A stretch of DNA of 50,059 nucleotides from an uncultured Chthoniobacterales bacterium (GCA_937924445.1 CALDSX010000060.1:1-50059); one strand, 5' to 3'. Counted from the stretch's first letter, positions 1 to 9,715 are shown. Made by a program: numbers and translations. The notes: generated from the letters alone by a model not told the origin.

Positions 1-138
1 GAACTTTGCAGCTTTTGAGCGTTCACCCGTTTGAGAAAGTGCCTCTGCATCAAATACTTACAGAAATGGATTCCAGAGATTTGCATACCTTAGATTCTAA
101 CCAGTTGATGCTGTGGGACTTATAACCGGACAATCGTG
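1..138 (+). mobile_element. Right end of an IS4-family-like insertion sequence, truncated by the window edge
   Basis: Transposase-like C-terminus whose stop overlaps ATAACCGGACAATCGTG (122-138), resembling the TTAACCGGACAGTAGTG-type terminal repeat I recall for this IS4 group; the other end is outside the window. Confidence 0.65.
3..125 (+). CDS. IS4-family transposase, C-terminal fragment (5' partial)
   Basis: Manual translation of frame 3 gives TLQLLSVHPFEKVPLHQILTEMDSRDLHTLDSNQLMLWDL*, matching the LQxLSVxxFEKxP...NQLxLF-type tail of DUF4372-containing IS4 transposases; absent from the ORF track. Confidence 0.7.
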   Translation, partial: TLQLLSVHPFEKVPLHQILTEMDSRDLHTLDSNQLMLWDL

Positions 139-1138
139 ATAAAGAATCTAAATCATACTGCTGTACCAAGCATTCGAACAGTAGCTTCCCTGTTCTCCTG
201 TAATTATAATTATATCTCCGAGCAAAACGGTCGCAAAACTGTTATCGACTCATTCATTTTACAACGAACGTAATAGTCTAAAGCCTTTTGTCTTAATTTT
301 TAAGCCCGACCGACTGGTATTTTCCCCTTTTCGACGAGCAGCAGCTATAATTTTCGCAATCTCCTTGACCTTTTTTCCTCAAAGCTCCACGTATGCGACG
401 AGCACCGGATTCGTCCTGCACGACCACAGATCAAGGACTGAGAGCACACTGCCATTGTAGAGTTCGCCCGGCAATTCGCCTTAGGGAGCTACCTAAGACT
501 CACAACGATCATGCTCGACCGCGACGTGTGCTCTTTAGCCTCTCGAAAACCTGCCGGGTGTTCACATCCGTAACCTCATCCAGGGGTGAAACCGCAAACC
601 ATTGCGGGGTTCGACCTCGTTTGTTAATTCCTTGGCACCGCACGAACACTCTCATTTCGACCTTCTCAGAGCAACTTTGCCGACAGGTTGCTTTGCAGCG
701 CCCCTGCCCTCTGGCGCTGCCGCCGGCACGCGATCTCCTGGCTCATCCTCCTAAAATTCACCCCTCTTGTAGCTTTATTCCAAAAGCAAAATCAAGCACT
801 TGCATCAACCGGTCAAAGCCGACTATATCCGGCCAAAAATGCGTTGGTAATCAACTCAGCTCAGCTCAACACGTCATCGCTTGCCAAACGCCATCGAACG
901 CAATACACACGCTTGCCCGGGCGGGATGGGGTGCCTGCTCGGAGTCTGGGGACTTCATGTTTTTTCAACTCCCCTGCTCTTTTCAATGCCCCCTCATCTC
1001 GAAACAAATGTTCGATTTTCTGCTACTCATGACGCTCAACGATGTTTGATGCGTAGTACGAAAGGCATTGGGAATAATCCTCCTATGTCAGACTCACCGC
1101 TTTTACAAAAAAAGAGGTTTCCGAATCAATCCTAGCTT

Positions 1139-1167
1139 TTGGCCGCACGCTTTATAAAGAATAAACT
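1139..1167 (+). promoter_or_regulatory. Possible sigma70-type promoter for the photolyase
   Basis: TTGGCC-17 nt-TAAACT, about 55 nt upstream of the ATG at 1222. Confidence 0.3.
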
Positions 1168-1221
1168 GCAAGGCTGAATGACGACTTAAATAAATCCTGA
1201 TTTAACAAAGCTTAAAGAATA

Positions 1222-2646
1222 ATGACACGCTCCGAGCAAATTGTTCTTCATTGGTTTCGCCGCGATTTGCGGCTAACGGATAACACCGCGTTGCATTTTG
1301 CCTGTGAGCAGAGCACCCAGGTGATACCGGTCTACATCTTAAGCACTTGGTCCGGAGAACACCGTTTCACCGGCCCTATGCGACAAGATTTTCTCTGTGG
1401 TTGTCTGAAATCCCTCAACGCAAATCTTGCCGCAAAAGGATCTCGTCTCGTCTTAAGAGAAGGCGACCCTGCTGCCGCACTTATTTCACTGGCAAGAGAA
1501 ACTGGCGCAAAAGCAATTTACTACAACCGCGATCCCGATCCGCACGGCCGTTTAGTCGAGAAGCGTTTAGCGTCTGAAATTGCTACAAACGGTCTCCGCT
1601 CATTTGCCTTTGATGATGTGACGGTGCACACTCCGAGCGAAGTCCTCACAGTCGCAGGACAACCCTACCGCATCTTCACCCCATATTCTCGGGCCTGGCG
1701 ACTGGTGCCAAAGAAATCCCTTCTCCCCCCGCCGCGAATCTCCGAGCTCGATTCACGTAACTTCCCCGGCGGCAAGTTGCCAAATGGGTTACCTTTGCCC
1801 GACCTGTCCCGCTGGGCGCTTAGCAAAGAGGGAAGCATCATCGAACCAGGGGAACGTGCCGCCCGCAGACGGATGAACGCGTTTTTGTCCGAGCCAATTC
1901 TCCGTTATGCGCAGCTACGCGATCTTGCCAGTGAGGAAGCGACATCACGATTATCACAAGATTTGAGGTTTGGGCTCATTTCACCGAGGGAACTCCATAC
2001 AAAAGCCGTGGCGCTTTTGGAAAACCCGGGCCTCGATGCTTCTGAGATAAGAAGCATTCAAACGTTCCTTACGGAATTGATCTGGCGTGAGTTCTATTTT
2101 GCTTTGCTCTGGCATTACCCGGAGGTGTTGGAAGTAGAGTTTAACCCCAAATTTCGCAGGATTCCGTGGGTTACCAACAACGAGGCGCTAGCCCGGTGGA
2201 AAGAAGGGACCACCGGCTTTCCGTTTGTGGATGCCGGAATGAGACAACTCCTTGCCACAGGCTTCATGCACAACCGTCTTCGCATGATAACAGCCATGTT
2301 TTTGACAAAAGATCTTCATCTCGATTGGCGGGAGGGAGAAATGTTTTTTATGCAGAAACTTGTTGATGGAGAGATTGCCTCGAACAACGGTGGTTGGCAA
2401 TGGAGTGCAGGCACGGGGGCTGATGCTGCCCCGTATTTTAGAATTCAAAATCCATGGTCCCAAAGTAGTCGGTTTGACCCGGAAGGCAGATTTATCAAAC
2501 GTTGGGTGCCCGAGTTAAGAGACGTCCCCTTCGCATCTTTGCACCAACCCCCGTGGAATGGTCCTCTCGCCCGCGGCTATCCCATGCCGATTGTTGACCA
2601 TGCCGCCGAACGCCAAAAATGTCTCGACATGTTTGCTTCTCGCTGA
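1222..2646 (+). CDS. phrB: Deoxyribodipyrimidine photolyase (class I CPD photolyase-like)
   Basis: WFRRDLRLTDN N-terminus, TSRLSQDLRFG, WREFY, GFMHNRLRM and NNGGWQWSAGTGADAAPYFRIQNP FAD-binding motifs. Confidence 0.93.
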   Translation: MTRSEQIVLHWFRRDLRLTDNTALHFACEQSTQVIPVYILSTWSGEHRFTGPMRQDFLCGCLKSLNANLAAKGSRLVLREGDPAAALISLARETGAKAIYYNRDPDPHGRLVEKRLASEIATNGLRSFAFDDVTVHTPSEVLTVAGQPYRIFTPYSRAWRLVPKKSLLPPPRISELDSRNFPGGKLPNGLPLPDLSRWALSKEGSIIEPGERAARRRMNAFLSEPILRYAQLRDLASEEATSRLSQDLRFGLISPRELHTKAVALLENPGLDASEIRSIQTFLTELIWREFYFALLWHYPEVLEVEFNPKFRRIPWVTNNEALARWKEGTTGFPFVDAGMRQLLATGFMHNRLRMITAMFLTKDLHLDWREGEMFFMQKLVDGEIASNNGGWQWSAGTGADAAPYFRIQNPWSQSSRFDPEGRFIKRWVPELRDVPFASLHQPPWNGPLARGYPMPIVDHAAERQKCLDMFASR

Positions 2647-2903
2647 TTTTATTATCCAGTGCGTTAAGTGCGGAGCCGTTAAAAACGTCTCGCCATGTAG
2701 ACCATGTAGATTCTCATGGCAGCTGATAACTCCATCAACCAGCAATTAGCAATAATGCGAATTTTTAGAACTCGGCAGTGGGAATTTTCCCTTGCTCAGC
2801 GGGCGCGTTTGTTTGATTTTGCCCACACTCCAAGCGGTCTTCCTTTGGTGTTCAAATTGAACTTCCCCGTCGCGGAGATATCTCTCCTTATAGTCTACAT
2901 CCT

Positions 2904-5285
2904 ATGGATTTCCTCAACAACCCAACGTTTATCTTTTTTATTGGACTCACTATCCTTATTCTTTTCGCGTGGTATTTTGCTACCGAGACCCCCCTGAGAA
3001 AGCGAAACTTGGGGACTGTGCTCACTCTTATACTGGTCGCCTTTGCCGTTCAGAATTTAATACCGCTTGATAAAAGCATTCGGCTTGGGCTTGACCTGCG
3101 TGGTGGCACCTCTTTTCTGCTGCAGCTTTCCCCTCAAACTTTGGAGAGCAAAATTTCAGGTGCAGGTCCGACGCGCGAGGAAATCACAAAGTCCATGCTT
3201 GATCAGGCGGTGGCCGTCATCGAACAGCGAGTGAACCGATACGGGGTGAGCGAGCCGCTTATCGCTCCTGCGGGCAAAGACAGAATCATGGTTCAAATAC
3301 CTGGCTTGGATGTTGCCCAGATCGAGGAGGCAAAAGAAACCTTGCAGCGCGTCGCTAAACTGGAATTTAAACTCGTCTTTCCTGACAGCTCAAGACGCCT
3401 TGCAGAAATCGAAGCCGGATCAAACATCATCCCCCCTGGCTACAGGGTTGAAGAGTATTTCGAACGTCGCCTTTCCAACGCCAGCGGAGAGGGTCCTGCA
3501 GAGACAGAAAGACTCCTAGTTAAACAACGCGCCGATATGTCGGGTGATCGCGTCAAAGCCGCCTTTGCAAGATATGGAGCACAGGGTTGGGAAATTGCAC
3601 TGGAATTCGACAGCAAAGGAGCCTCGCAATTTGCAGAGTTGACGAGACAAAACGTCGGTAATCGGTTGGCAATTGTCCTCGACGGCAAGGTGATGAGCGC
3701 TCCGGTTATCCAAGACGCTATTTACGGCGGCAACGCGCAGATCACCGGGTCATTCACAGAGGAAGAAGCGAGAAACCTGGCTAGTGTTTTGGAAAACCCG
3801 CTGCAAACACCCGTTAAAATTATTGACCAACGGACCGTTTCAGCGTCGCTTGGAGAAGATTCGGTGCGAAGCGGGTTCATCGCCGGAATCATCGGCTTGG
3901 CTGTCACTTTGATCGCGATGATGATTTACTACCGCATCCCTGGTGTCATAGCGAACCTTGCCCTCATCCTGAACCTCTTTCTGCTTATGGGCTCAATGGC
4001 GCTGTTTGGGTTCACCCTCACCCTTCCTGGCATTGCCGGAATTATCCTCTCTGTAGGGATGGCGGTTGATGCCAACGTGTTGATTTACGAGCGTTTAAGA
4101 GAGGAAATTGCCGTTGGCAAATCGCTCAAAGCGGCTCTGGAGTCCGCTTACGATAAGGCGTTCAGTGCCATTTTTGACTCGAACGTCACCACACTCATAA
4201 CCGCGATCATTCTTTTTTGGCAGGCCGTCGGTGCGGTCAAAGGGTTTGCTGTCACCCTCACGGCGGGTATTGCTGCCTCGATGTTTTCCGCGCTGTTATT
4301 CACGCGCGTCGCTTTTCGCTGGGGAACCGACACCGGGATAATCAAGCACCTCAGCATGCTTGATTTGATGCCGAAAAAAAGATTTAACTTTATCGGTCTG
4401 GGGGCCAAAGCCTCACTGTTGTCTGTCGCGGTTATGCTTATTTGCATTACCGTTTTTATTTGGCGTGGGGAAAAGAACTTTGGAGTTGACTTTCGAGGTG
4501 GCGATCTGCTGATGCTCGCAGCAAAGCAACCAGTCTCCGAAGAACAAGCCCGGCAAGCAATAAAAGAGGCCGGCCTTGGTGAACCGATGATTCAAATCGC
4601 CCGCTCCGCTGAGAACGAATACCTCAGCGTTCGTGCAGGATTTGGCGAAGGGACAAAAATCGAAAAAGCCCTCAAGGCTGCCTTTCCGGAGGCCGGTTTT
4701 GTTGAGGGTAGCATTGAATCCGTCGGGCCCATTGTAGGGCAGGAGCTCATGACAAAATCTCTCATTGCGCTAGGTCTTGGAATGATCGCGATACTTATTT
4801 ATGTGACGATGCGCTTTGAATTTTCCTTCGCCCTGGGCGCGATTTTGGCAGTCCTTCATGATGTGATCATCACCATCGGCGTCTATTCGATACTTGGACG
4901 CGAGCTTTCTATGGTTTTTGTTGGAGCCATTCTTACTATCGCGGGATATTCGATCAACGACACGATTGTGGTCTTCGACCGCATCCGCGAGGGACTGATC
5001 GGAACCCGCCGGGGCACTGTCGCCTCCATCATGAACGAAGCGATTAACCAGACACTTTCACGCACCATACTCACCGGGGGAACTACTCTTCTAGCAGTGT
5101 TCGTGCTGATTTTCCTCGGAGGACCTGTCCTGGCCGATTTCGCCCTAACAATTCTAATTGGTGTGTTGGTTGGCACCTACTCATCGGTTTTCATCGCCGC
5201 TCCAATCGTTCTCTGGTGGTCAAAAATTCGCGGTCGCAGCATACGTATGGAGGTAATTGAATCCAATGAAGTAGCACGGGCTTGA
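2904..5285 (+). CDS. secDF: Fused protein translocase subunit SecDF
   Basis: LGLDLRGG, GMAVDANVLIYER, GVDFRGG and GYSINDTIVVFDRIRE motifs; about 12 hydrophobic segments. Confidence 0.96.
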   Translation: MDFLNNPTFIFFIGLTILILFAWYFATETPLRKRNLGTVLTLILVAFAVQNLIPLDKSIRLGLDLRGGTSFLLQLSPQTLESKISGAGPTREEITKSMLDQAVAVIEQRVNRYGVSEPLIAPAGKDRIMVQIPGLDVAQIEEAKETLQRVAKLEFKLVFPDSSRRLAEIEAGSNIIPPGYRVEEYFERRLSNASGEGPAETERLLVKQRADMSGDRVKAAFARYGAQGWEIALEFDSKGASQFAELTRQNVGNRLAIVLDGKVMSAPVIQDAIYGGNAQITGSFTEEEARNLASVLENPLQTPVKIIDQRTVSASLGEDSVRSGFIAGIIGLAVTLIAMMIYYRIPGVIANLALILNLFLLMGSMALFGFTLTLPGIAGIILSVGMAVDANVLIYERLREEIAVGKSLKAALESAYDKAFSAIFDSNVTTLITAIILFWQAVGAVKGFAVTLTAGIAASMFSALLFTRVAFRWGTDTGIIKHLSMLDLMPKKRFNFIGLGAKASLLSVAVMLICITVFIWRGEKNFGVDFRGGDLLMLAAKQPVSEEQARQAIKEAGLGEPMIQIARSAENEYLSVRAGFGEGTKIEKALKAAFPEAGFVEGSIESVGPIVGQELMTKSLIALGLGMIAILIYVTMRFEFSFALGAILAVLHDVIITIGVYSILGRELSMVFVGAILTIAGYSINDTIVVFDRIREGLIGTRRGTVASIMNEAINQTLSRTILTGGTTLLAVFVLIFLGGPVLADFALTILIGVLVGTYSSVFIAAPIVLWWSKIRGRSIRMEVIESNEVARA

Positions 5286-5333
5286 CATCTCTCTCTGCTT
5301 TTTTTGAAAACTCAACATTCACTAAAATCGCGC

Positions 5334-5362
5334 TTGCGTTTAAAGCAAATAATCGCTAGAAT
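5334..5362 (+). promoter_or_regulatory. Sigma70-type promoter for the secreted protein gene
   Basis: TTGCGT (5334-5339)-17 nt-TAGAAT (5357-5362); it lies downstream of the ORF-track start at 5304, which favours a later start such as 5439. Confidence 0.55.
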
Positions 5363-5438
5363 CGGTCGTGTGGATTTGAGTTCTATGTTCATGAACCATA
5401 TAATCTTCAAACATCACAAACCGCACATTTCACAACCC

Positions 5439-6191
5439 ATGAAAAAACCAACTCGGAAAGACTCTTTATTTGTCTATCGAGCTATTCCCATAGTCGTCAT
5501 CGCATTATTCCTTGCGATGAATCTTCAGCCAATTGCAGCTCAGACTGGCACACCAAAACAGATACTTCAAGCTCAGCTTGCTGCAAGTGGTGCTCCTGTT
5601 GGACCTTCGGGTGAAACAGCAGCCACTCCGGCCCAATTTAAAGCGGCCGTGCTTAAGGCCATTGAGAGCAACCCTGATAAAGCAGATGGCATACTCATCG
5701 AGGCTCTCAAAATGATCCGGGACAAGTTCGTTGCTAGTTACGTCAACAGTGAAGGTCGTTTCAATCGAGATGCGCTGATTGATCTATTTAAATCTGCGGT
5801 GGAAAAATATGGACCGCAAAGTCGTCCCGCAAGTGAGGCCCGAGGGATACTCGAAGATATGCTTCGTCAGGCCAATGAAATTTTCCCAGAACTCATTGGT
5901 GATTTCAGAGAAGCGATTGATCCTTTCCTCACCGAGGACCAGCGCAGTGCGTTGGACAACGTTATTTTAGAAGTCGTTGGGAGCGGCGGGGGCACCGGTT
6001 CTATTGGCTACTTTACCTTCTCTAACCCTGGAGCAAGTGGTTCATCCCAGCAATTTGAACCCGAAAACACCGGAGGCGGATCCAATGGGACAGGCGGAGG
6101 CCGAGGTCGTCCTCGAGGTGGTGTTGGTGACACAGGAGCAGGCGAGGCCACAGAGCCTGGGATAACACCCTCAACACCGCCTGTCGTCTAA
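5439..6191 (+). CDS. Secreted hypothetical protein with a likely helical core and a Gly/Ser/Thr/Pro-rich C-terminal tail
   Basis: Start set at MKKPTRK (ATG 5439); basic N-region, hydrophobic IPIVVIALFLAM and an IAA|Q-type cleavage site; tail GSGGGTGS...EPGITPSTPPVV. Confidence 0.75.
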   Translation: MKKPTRKDSLFVYRAIPIVVIALFLAMNLQPIAAQTGTPKQILQAQLAASGAPVGPSGETAATPAQFKAAVLKAIESNPDKADGILIEALKMIRDKFVASYVNSEGRFNRDALIDLFKSAVEKYGPQSRPASEARGILEDMLRQANEIFPELIGDFREAIDPFLTEDQRSALDNVILEVVGSGGGTGSIGYFTFSNPGASGSSQQFEPENTGGGSNGTGGGRGRPRGGVGDTGAGEATEPGITPSTPPVV

Positions 6192-6207
6192 AGCCATAAG
6201 CTGTATT

Positions 6208-6253
6208 CCCGACTGGCGTCGCTTTAAAATGGCGCCAGTCGGGTTTATTTTTT
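6208..6253 (+). terminator. Intrinsic (Rho-independent) terminator
   Basis: 13-bp stem CCCGACTGGCGTC / GGCGCCAGTCGGG (one G-U pair), 10-nt loop, followed by TTTATTTTTT, 16 nt after the stop at 6191. Confidence 0.85.
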
Positions 6254-6310
6254 CAGGTTGATCGGCTATTTGTCTCCCTTCCTCTCGATTTTCATTGCGC
6301 ATTTCTCCGC

Positions 6311-8209
6311 ATGATTCGGTGGTTACGTGGTATTTCACCTGTCTTACTTGCCGCCGGATTGATTGTCGGACAGCTTTTTTTCGCAGGTGCCCAGCCTGCT
6401 TTGGCAATGCCCATGTACGCCGTCACCAGTCTCGGCGTTCTGTGTGCGACCGCTATCCCACTTCGTCAAAACGCAACCTCGCATTGGCTCTGTCTCGCAG
6501 CCGCGTTGGTTTTTGCAATCTACCTACTGATTCGCACGGCCCTTTCGCCGACATATCATCTGGCGCGGGAAAATTTTTTTAATATACTTTGCGCACTTAG
6601 CGTTTACCTCAGCACGACGCTGGCGCTATGGACGCCAAAATCCCGTAGACCAATCATTTGGGCAATCATCGGTCTTATCGTTCCCAACGTCTTCTTCGGG
6701 GCGATTCAATTTTTCAAAGATCCCACTTTTACAGTTTTTCAACTTCCAAGACCGAAATATGAGGGACGTGCCAGCGGTCTTTTTGTTTGTCCAAATCACT
6801 TTGCCGGATTTCTCGAAATGGCGCTGCCTTTTTGCCTTAGCCTTTTATTCTTATCCCGCTCGCCAGTATGGCAACGCGTCCTTTCGGGTTATTTAGCGCT
6901 CGTCGCAATATTTGGCGTTTTTATCTCTGGGAGTAGGGGCGGCTATTTAAGCACGGCTATCTCACTCGGATGCTGGTCTCTCTTTGCCCTCTGGATCCGC
7001 GGGCGAGTTAACCCTGCTTCCCTCGTCAAGAGTGCTTTTGCTCTCCTTGCGGTAAGCCTCATTATCGCCGCCGGAGTTCGCTATGCGATGGATCGAAGCC
7101 CTCTCTTGAGGGAGCGCTTTGAAAAAATCGTTAACTTCCAAGATTTCCGCTTTTTAATTTGGCCAGCGGCGCTGCAAGAATTTAACGAAAATCGCGTCTT
7201 TGGTGCGGGTGCGCAGCAATTTATTTATTACGGCCGCAAAAACCGAGACCCTCGTATTCAGAATGATCCAGTTCACGCGCACAATGACTACCTACAAGTT
7301 CTGGCAGATTACGGTGCCGTTGGAGGCATACTGGCCCTAATTTTTCTCACCACTCACATCGGGTTTGGGATTGTTCGACTTAGACAAAATGTTGCGTCTC
7401 GTTCCCTTGAAGATCCACGATTTCAAAGTGATTCTGTCGCGTGGAGTTCAGCCGCTTTGGCTGCAGTTTCTGGCCTCGCAGCGCATTCCGCAGTGGACTT
7501 CAACATGCACATTCCAGCAAATGCCTGGCTGGCCGCATTCCTGTTTGGCATCCTTGCCAATCAAGGATTGCCTGTGCGCTTCGCTGATCAAAACCGAATT
7601 AACAGTGAATCTTCAGGGACGTCTTTTTTGCCATTCGGATTATTTTCTTTCTCAAGAGTCATTCTATTCGTTGTTGGACTAGGTTTGTTTTCCGTTCCCA
7701 TCTCATCGGCCCACGCAGAATACCACCGCGAAAAGGCCCGGTTGAACCGACGCCTTGGGAAGCACGGCGATGCAATCAAACATGGAACAATCGCGACGAG
7801 TTTAGATCCCAAAAACGGCCATTCATGGATGATCCTGGGAGATTCGAAGCGGCGGCTCTCGATACGAGTTGAGGATCCAGCCACAAGGCGGGTGATTCGG
7901 CGCAGCGCCGAAAAGGATTTAAGGCGTGCCGCTGAACTTCTACCAAAAGACGCTGAGACCTGGCGTTATTGGGGTAGAACGCTTGACACGCTCGAACGCT
8001 TTGAGGAAGCCGCTGGAGTGCTGAACCACGCCAAATCACTCGATCCAAACCTTTACCTCACACACGAATTTCTCGGTTGGCATTTCGAATTGCAGGGTCT
8101 CTTCGAGGAAGCTGAAGCGGCCTACAAGCAAGCTCTCAAACTCTATCCATCCACAGTTGCCGCAGAGCAGCTTGCCGGTCTGACCTCGAAGCGCTCCATC
8201 TCACATTGA
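6311..8209 (+). CDS. O-antigen ligase-family (Wzy_C) membrane protein with C-terminal TPR repeats
   Basis: Many TM segments; PNHFAGFL, SGSRGG, HAHNDYLQVLADYG and HSAVDFNMHIPAN motifs; TPR-like helical repeats in the last ~150 aa. Confidence 0.88.
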   Translation: MIRWLRGISPVLLAAGLIVGQLFFAGAQPALAMPMYAVTSLGVLCATAIPLRQNATSHWLCLAAALVFAIYLLIRTALSPTYHLARENFFNILCALSVYLSTTLALWTPKSRRPIIWAIIGLIVPNVFFGAIQFFKDPTFTVFQLPRPKYEGRASGLFVCPNHFAGFLEMALPFCLSLLFLSRSPVWQRVLSGYLALVAIFGVFISGSRGGYLSTAISLGCWSLFALWIRGRVNPASLVKSAFALLAVSLIIAAGVRYAMDRSPLLRERFEKIVNFQDFRFLIWPAALQEFNENRVFGAGAQQFIYYGRKNRDPRIQNDPVHAHNDYLQVLADYGAVGGILALIFLTTHIGFGIVRLRQNVASRSLEDPRFQSDSVAWSSAALAAVSGLAAHSAVDFNMHIPANAWLAAFLFGILANQGLPVRFADQNRINSESSGTSFLPFGLFSFSRVILFVVGLGLFSVPISSAHAEYHREKARLNRRLGKHGDAIKHGTIATSLDPKNGHSWMILGDSKRRLSIRVEDPATRRVIRRSAEKDLRRAAELLPKDAETWRYWGRTLDTLERFEEAAGVLNHAKSLDPNLYLTHEFLGWHFELQGLFEEAEAAYKQALKLYPSTVAAEQLAGLTSKRSISH

Positions 8210-8226
8210 TACTAATCCCTCTCTTG

Positions 8227-8263
8227 GCACCAAACAATAGCACCACAACCAGCACCACAACCA
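8227..8263. repeat. Short tandem repeat, about 3 x 12-13 bp
   Basis: GCACCAAACAATA GCACCACAACCA GCACCACAACCA in the gap between convergent genes. Confidence 0.6.
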
Positions 8264-8463
8264 ATTCACGGTTGATGACCTATCTCCACTGCGTAGATTT
8301 GGGGACCCCGCATCAATAATCCAACGCTTACGAAGCGGATAGATTTTCCTGAAGAATAAAACAAAGCGATCGGTAACGAGAACCAAGTGCGGTAGCTTGC
8401 CCTGGTTCCTGATTAGTAAAATCTTTTCCACTCAATAAACCGGCTTTGACTGCAAACCAATCC

Positions 8464-9600
8464 TCAGCGCCGCTGTGTTTTGCTCGAAAGCAGTCTCAAG
8501 TAAACTTGCTCGACTGCTTGCGCCATATGCTCTGCATCAAACTGACTCTCTACTATCTTTCGGGCGGTCACAGCTAGACTTTCTCTCAGTGAAGCTGAGG
8601 CCATCAACCTCAAAGCTTGGCTGATAAACGAATCGGCCGCCCCAGGCTTTGCCAACAAACCGCTTCGGCCCTCCGTAAGAATCTCTTGAATCCCGTCCAC
8701 CTCAGAACACAGCGCCGGTACTCCCGTTGCCATTGCCTCTAGCAAAGTCAGAGGTAAGCCTTCGTAATCCGACGTCATCATCAACATGTCACTCGCGTTG
8801 AAAACAACGCGAGTGTCTGGCACATAACCCAGAAACAATACATGGCGTCCAAGACCCGCTTCCTTTGCCTCGAACTCCAGCTTTTTCCTCAATGGACCAT
8901 CGCCGACAATGACAAAACGCACCGCCGTTTTATCACGAACCAAAGCCTGAGCAACTTTCAGAAAAAGTGAGAAATTTTTTTGCGGATGCAGTCGTCCTAT
9001 ACCCGCGATTAAGAATTCCTCACCCCGAATGCCCCACTCTTGCCGCTGATGCTCGTCTCGACCACCTCTCCAAGAGAATCGCTGCAAATCCACTCCGTTG
9101 TACAAAAGGGAAACCCTCTGCCTCGGAATTTTTTCCTCTTCGACGAGAAAGGATTGAATAGATTTTGAAACGGCAAAGACATGATCTGACAATTTATTTG
9201 TCAACTTATCAAGTTGAAATCTAAGGCCTTTCCGATGACGAAAACGTTCGTTGGTCTGGTCGTGGTTGATAAGAATTCTCACCCCAGCAATTCGGCACAG
9301 AGGTTTTCCGAGAATATTAGCCCAGGTCAGATGAAAATGAGCAATATCGGGTTTAAAATCGCGGACCAGCCTTATCAGGTTCGGAATGTAGAGAGGTGCG
9401 TGTTTCGAGAATGAAAGCCCTCCGGCATGCACTCCGTGCTGCGCCATTCGCGGGCTGTAAACACCCGCGCGGTGCATCGAAACAACGCGCATCTCAAAAA
9501 GCTCTCTGTTCCGGTATTTAATGAGGTGCTCCAGCGCCTCCTGCGCCCCACCCAAATCCAGGCTATCAATGACATGCAAAATACGGATTTTTTTCTGCAT
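8464..9600 (-). CDS. Glycosyltransferase, GT4 family
   Basis: ILHVIDSLDLGGAQ start, YNGVD, GRLHPQKN and EGLPLTLLEAMA (EX7E); start set at MQKKIR (9600). Confidence 0.92.
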   Translation of the reverse strand: MQKKIRILHVIDSLDLGGAQEALEHLIKYRNRELFEMRVVSMHRAGVYSPRMAQHGVHAGGLSFSKHAPLYIPNLIRLVRDFKPDIAHFHLTWANILGKPLCRIAGVRILINHDQTNERFRHRKGLRFQLDKLTNKLSDHVFAVSKSIQSFLVEEEKIPRQRVSLLYNGVDLQRFSWRGGRDEHQRQEWGIRGEEFLIAGIGRLHPQKNFSLFLKVAQALVRDKTAVRFVIVGDGPLRKKLEFEAKEAGLGRHVLFLGYVPDTRVVFNASDMLMMTSDYEGLPLTLLEAMATGVPALCSEVDGIQEILTEGRSGLLAKPGAADSFISQALRLMASASLRESLAVTARKIVESQFDAEHMAQAVEQVYLRLLSSKTQRR

Positions 9601-9715
9601 AAGAATTTGACGCCTGCGCATATCACAAAGTGACGGATTCATCAACGCCTCCGTCAAGCAGCCTTTCAATCTTTACAACATCCTTTTCACAATTTCACAA
9701 TTAGCCCGCACTGAA

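Noticed and set aside
279-294. 16-bp inverted match to 20082-20097 (AAGACAAAAGGCTTTA), both copies intergenic
   Set aside because: Roughly one exact 16-mer match is expected by chance in 50 kb across both strands, and the match does not extend
583-640. GGTTCGA suggesting a tRNA T-loop
   Set aside because: No acceptor stem, D-arm or cloverleaf could be built
393-1049. 218-aa ORF, plus the overlapping 688-1032 and 881-1135 ORFs
   Set aside because: No motif, unusual Cys/Arg/Ser/His-rich composition and several equally poor overlapping frames; not supportable as genes
5304-5438. N-terminal extension of the secreted protein in the ORF track
   Set aside because: It overlaps the predicted promoter, and the signal peptide only makes sense from the ATG at 5439
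8227-8263. Tandem repeat as a possible CRISPR array
   Set aside because: The units are too short, there are no spacers and no cas genes
8201-8431. 76-aa minus-strand ORF containing WLWCWLWCYC
   Set aside because: The pattern is simply the translation of the 12-bp tandem repeat; there is no other coding evidence
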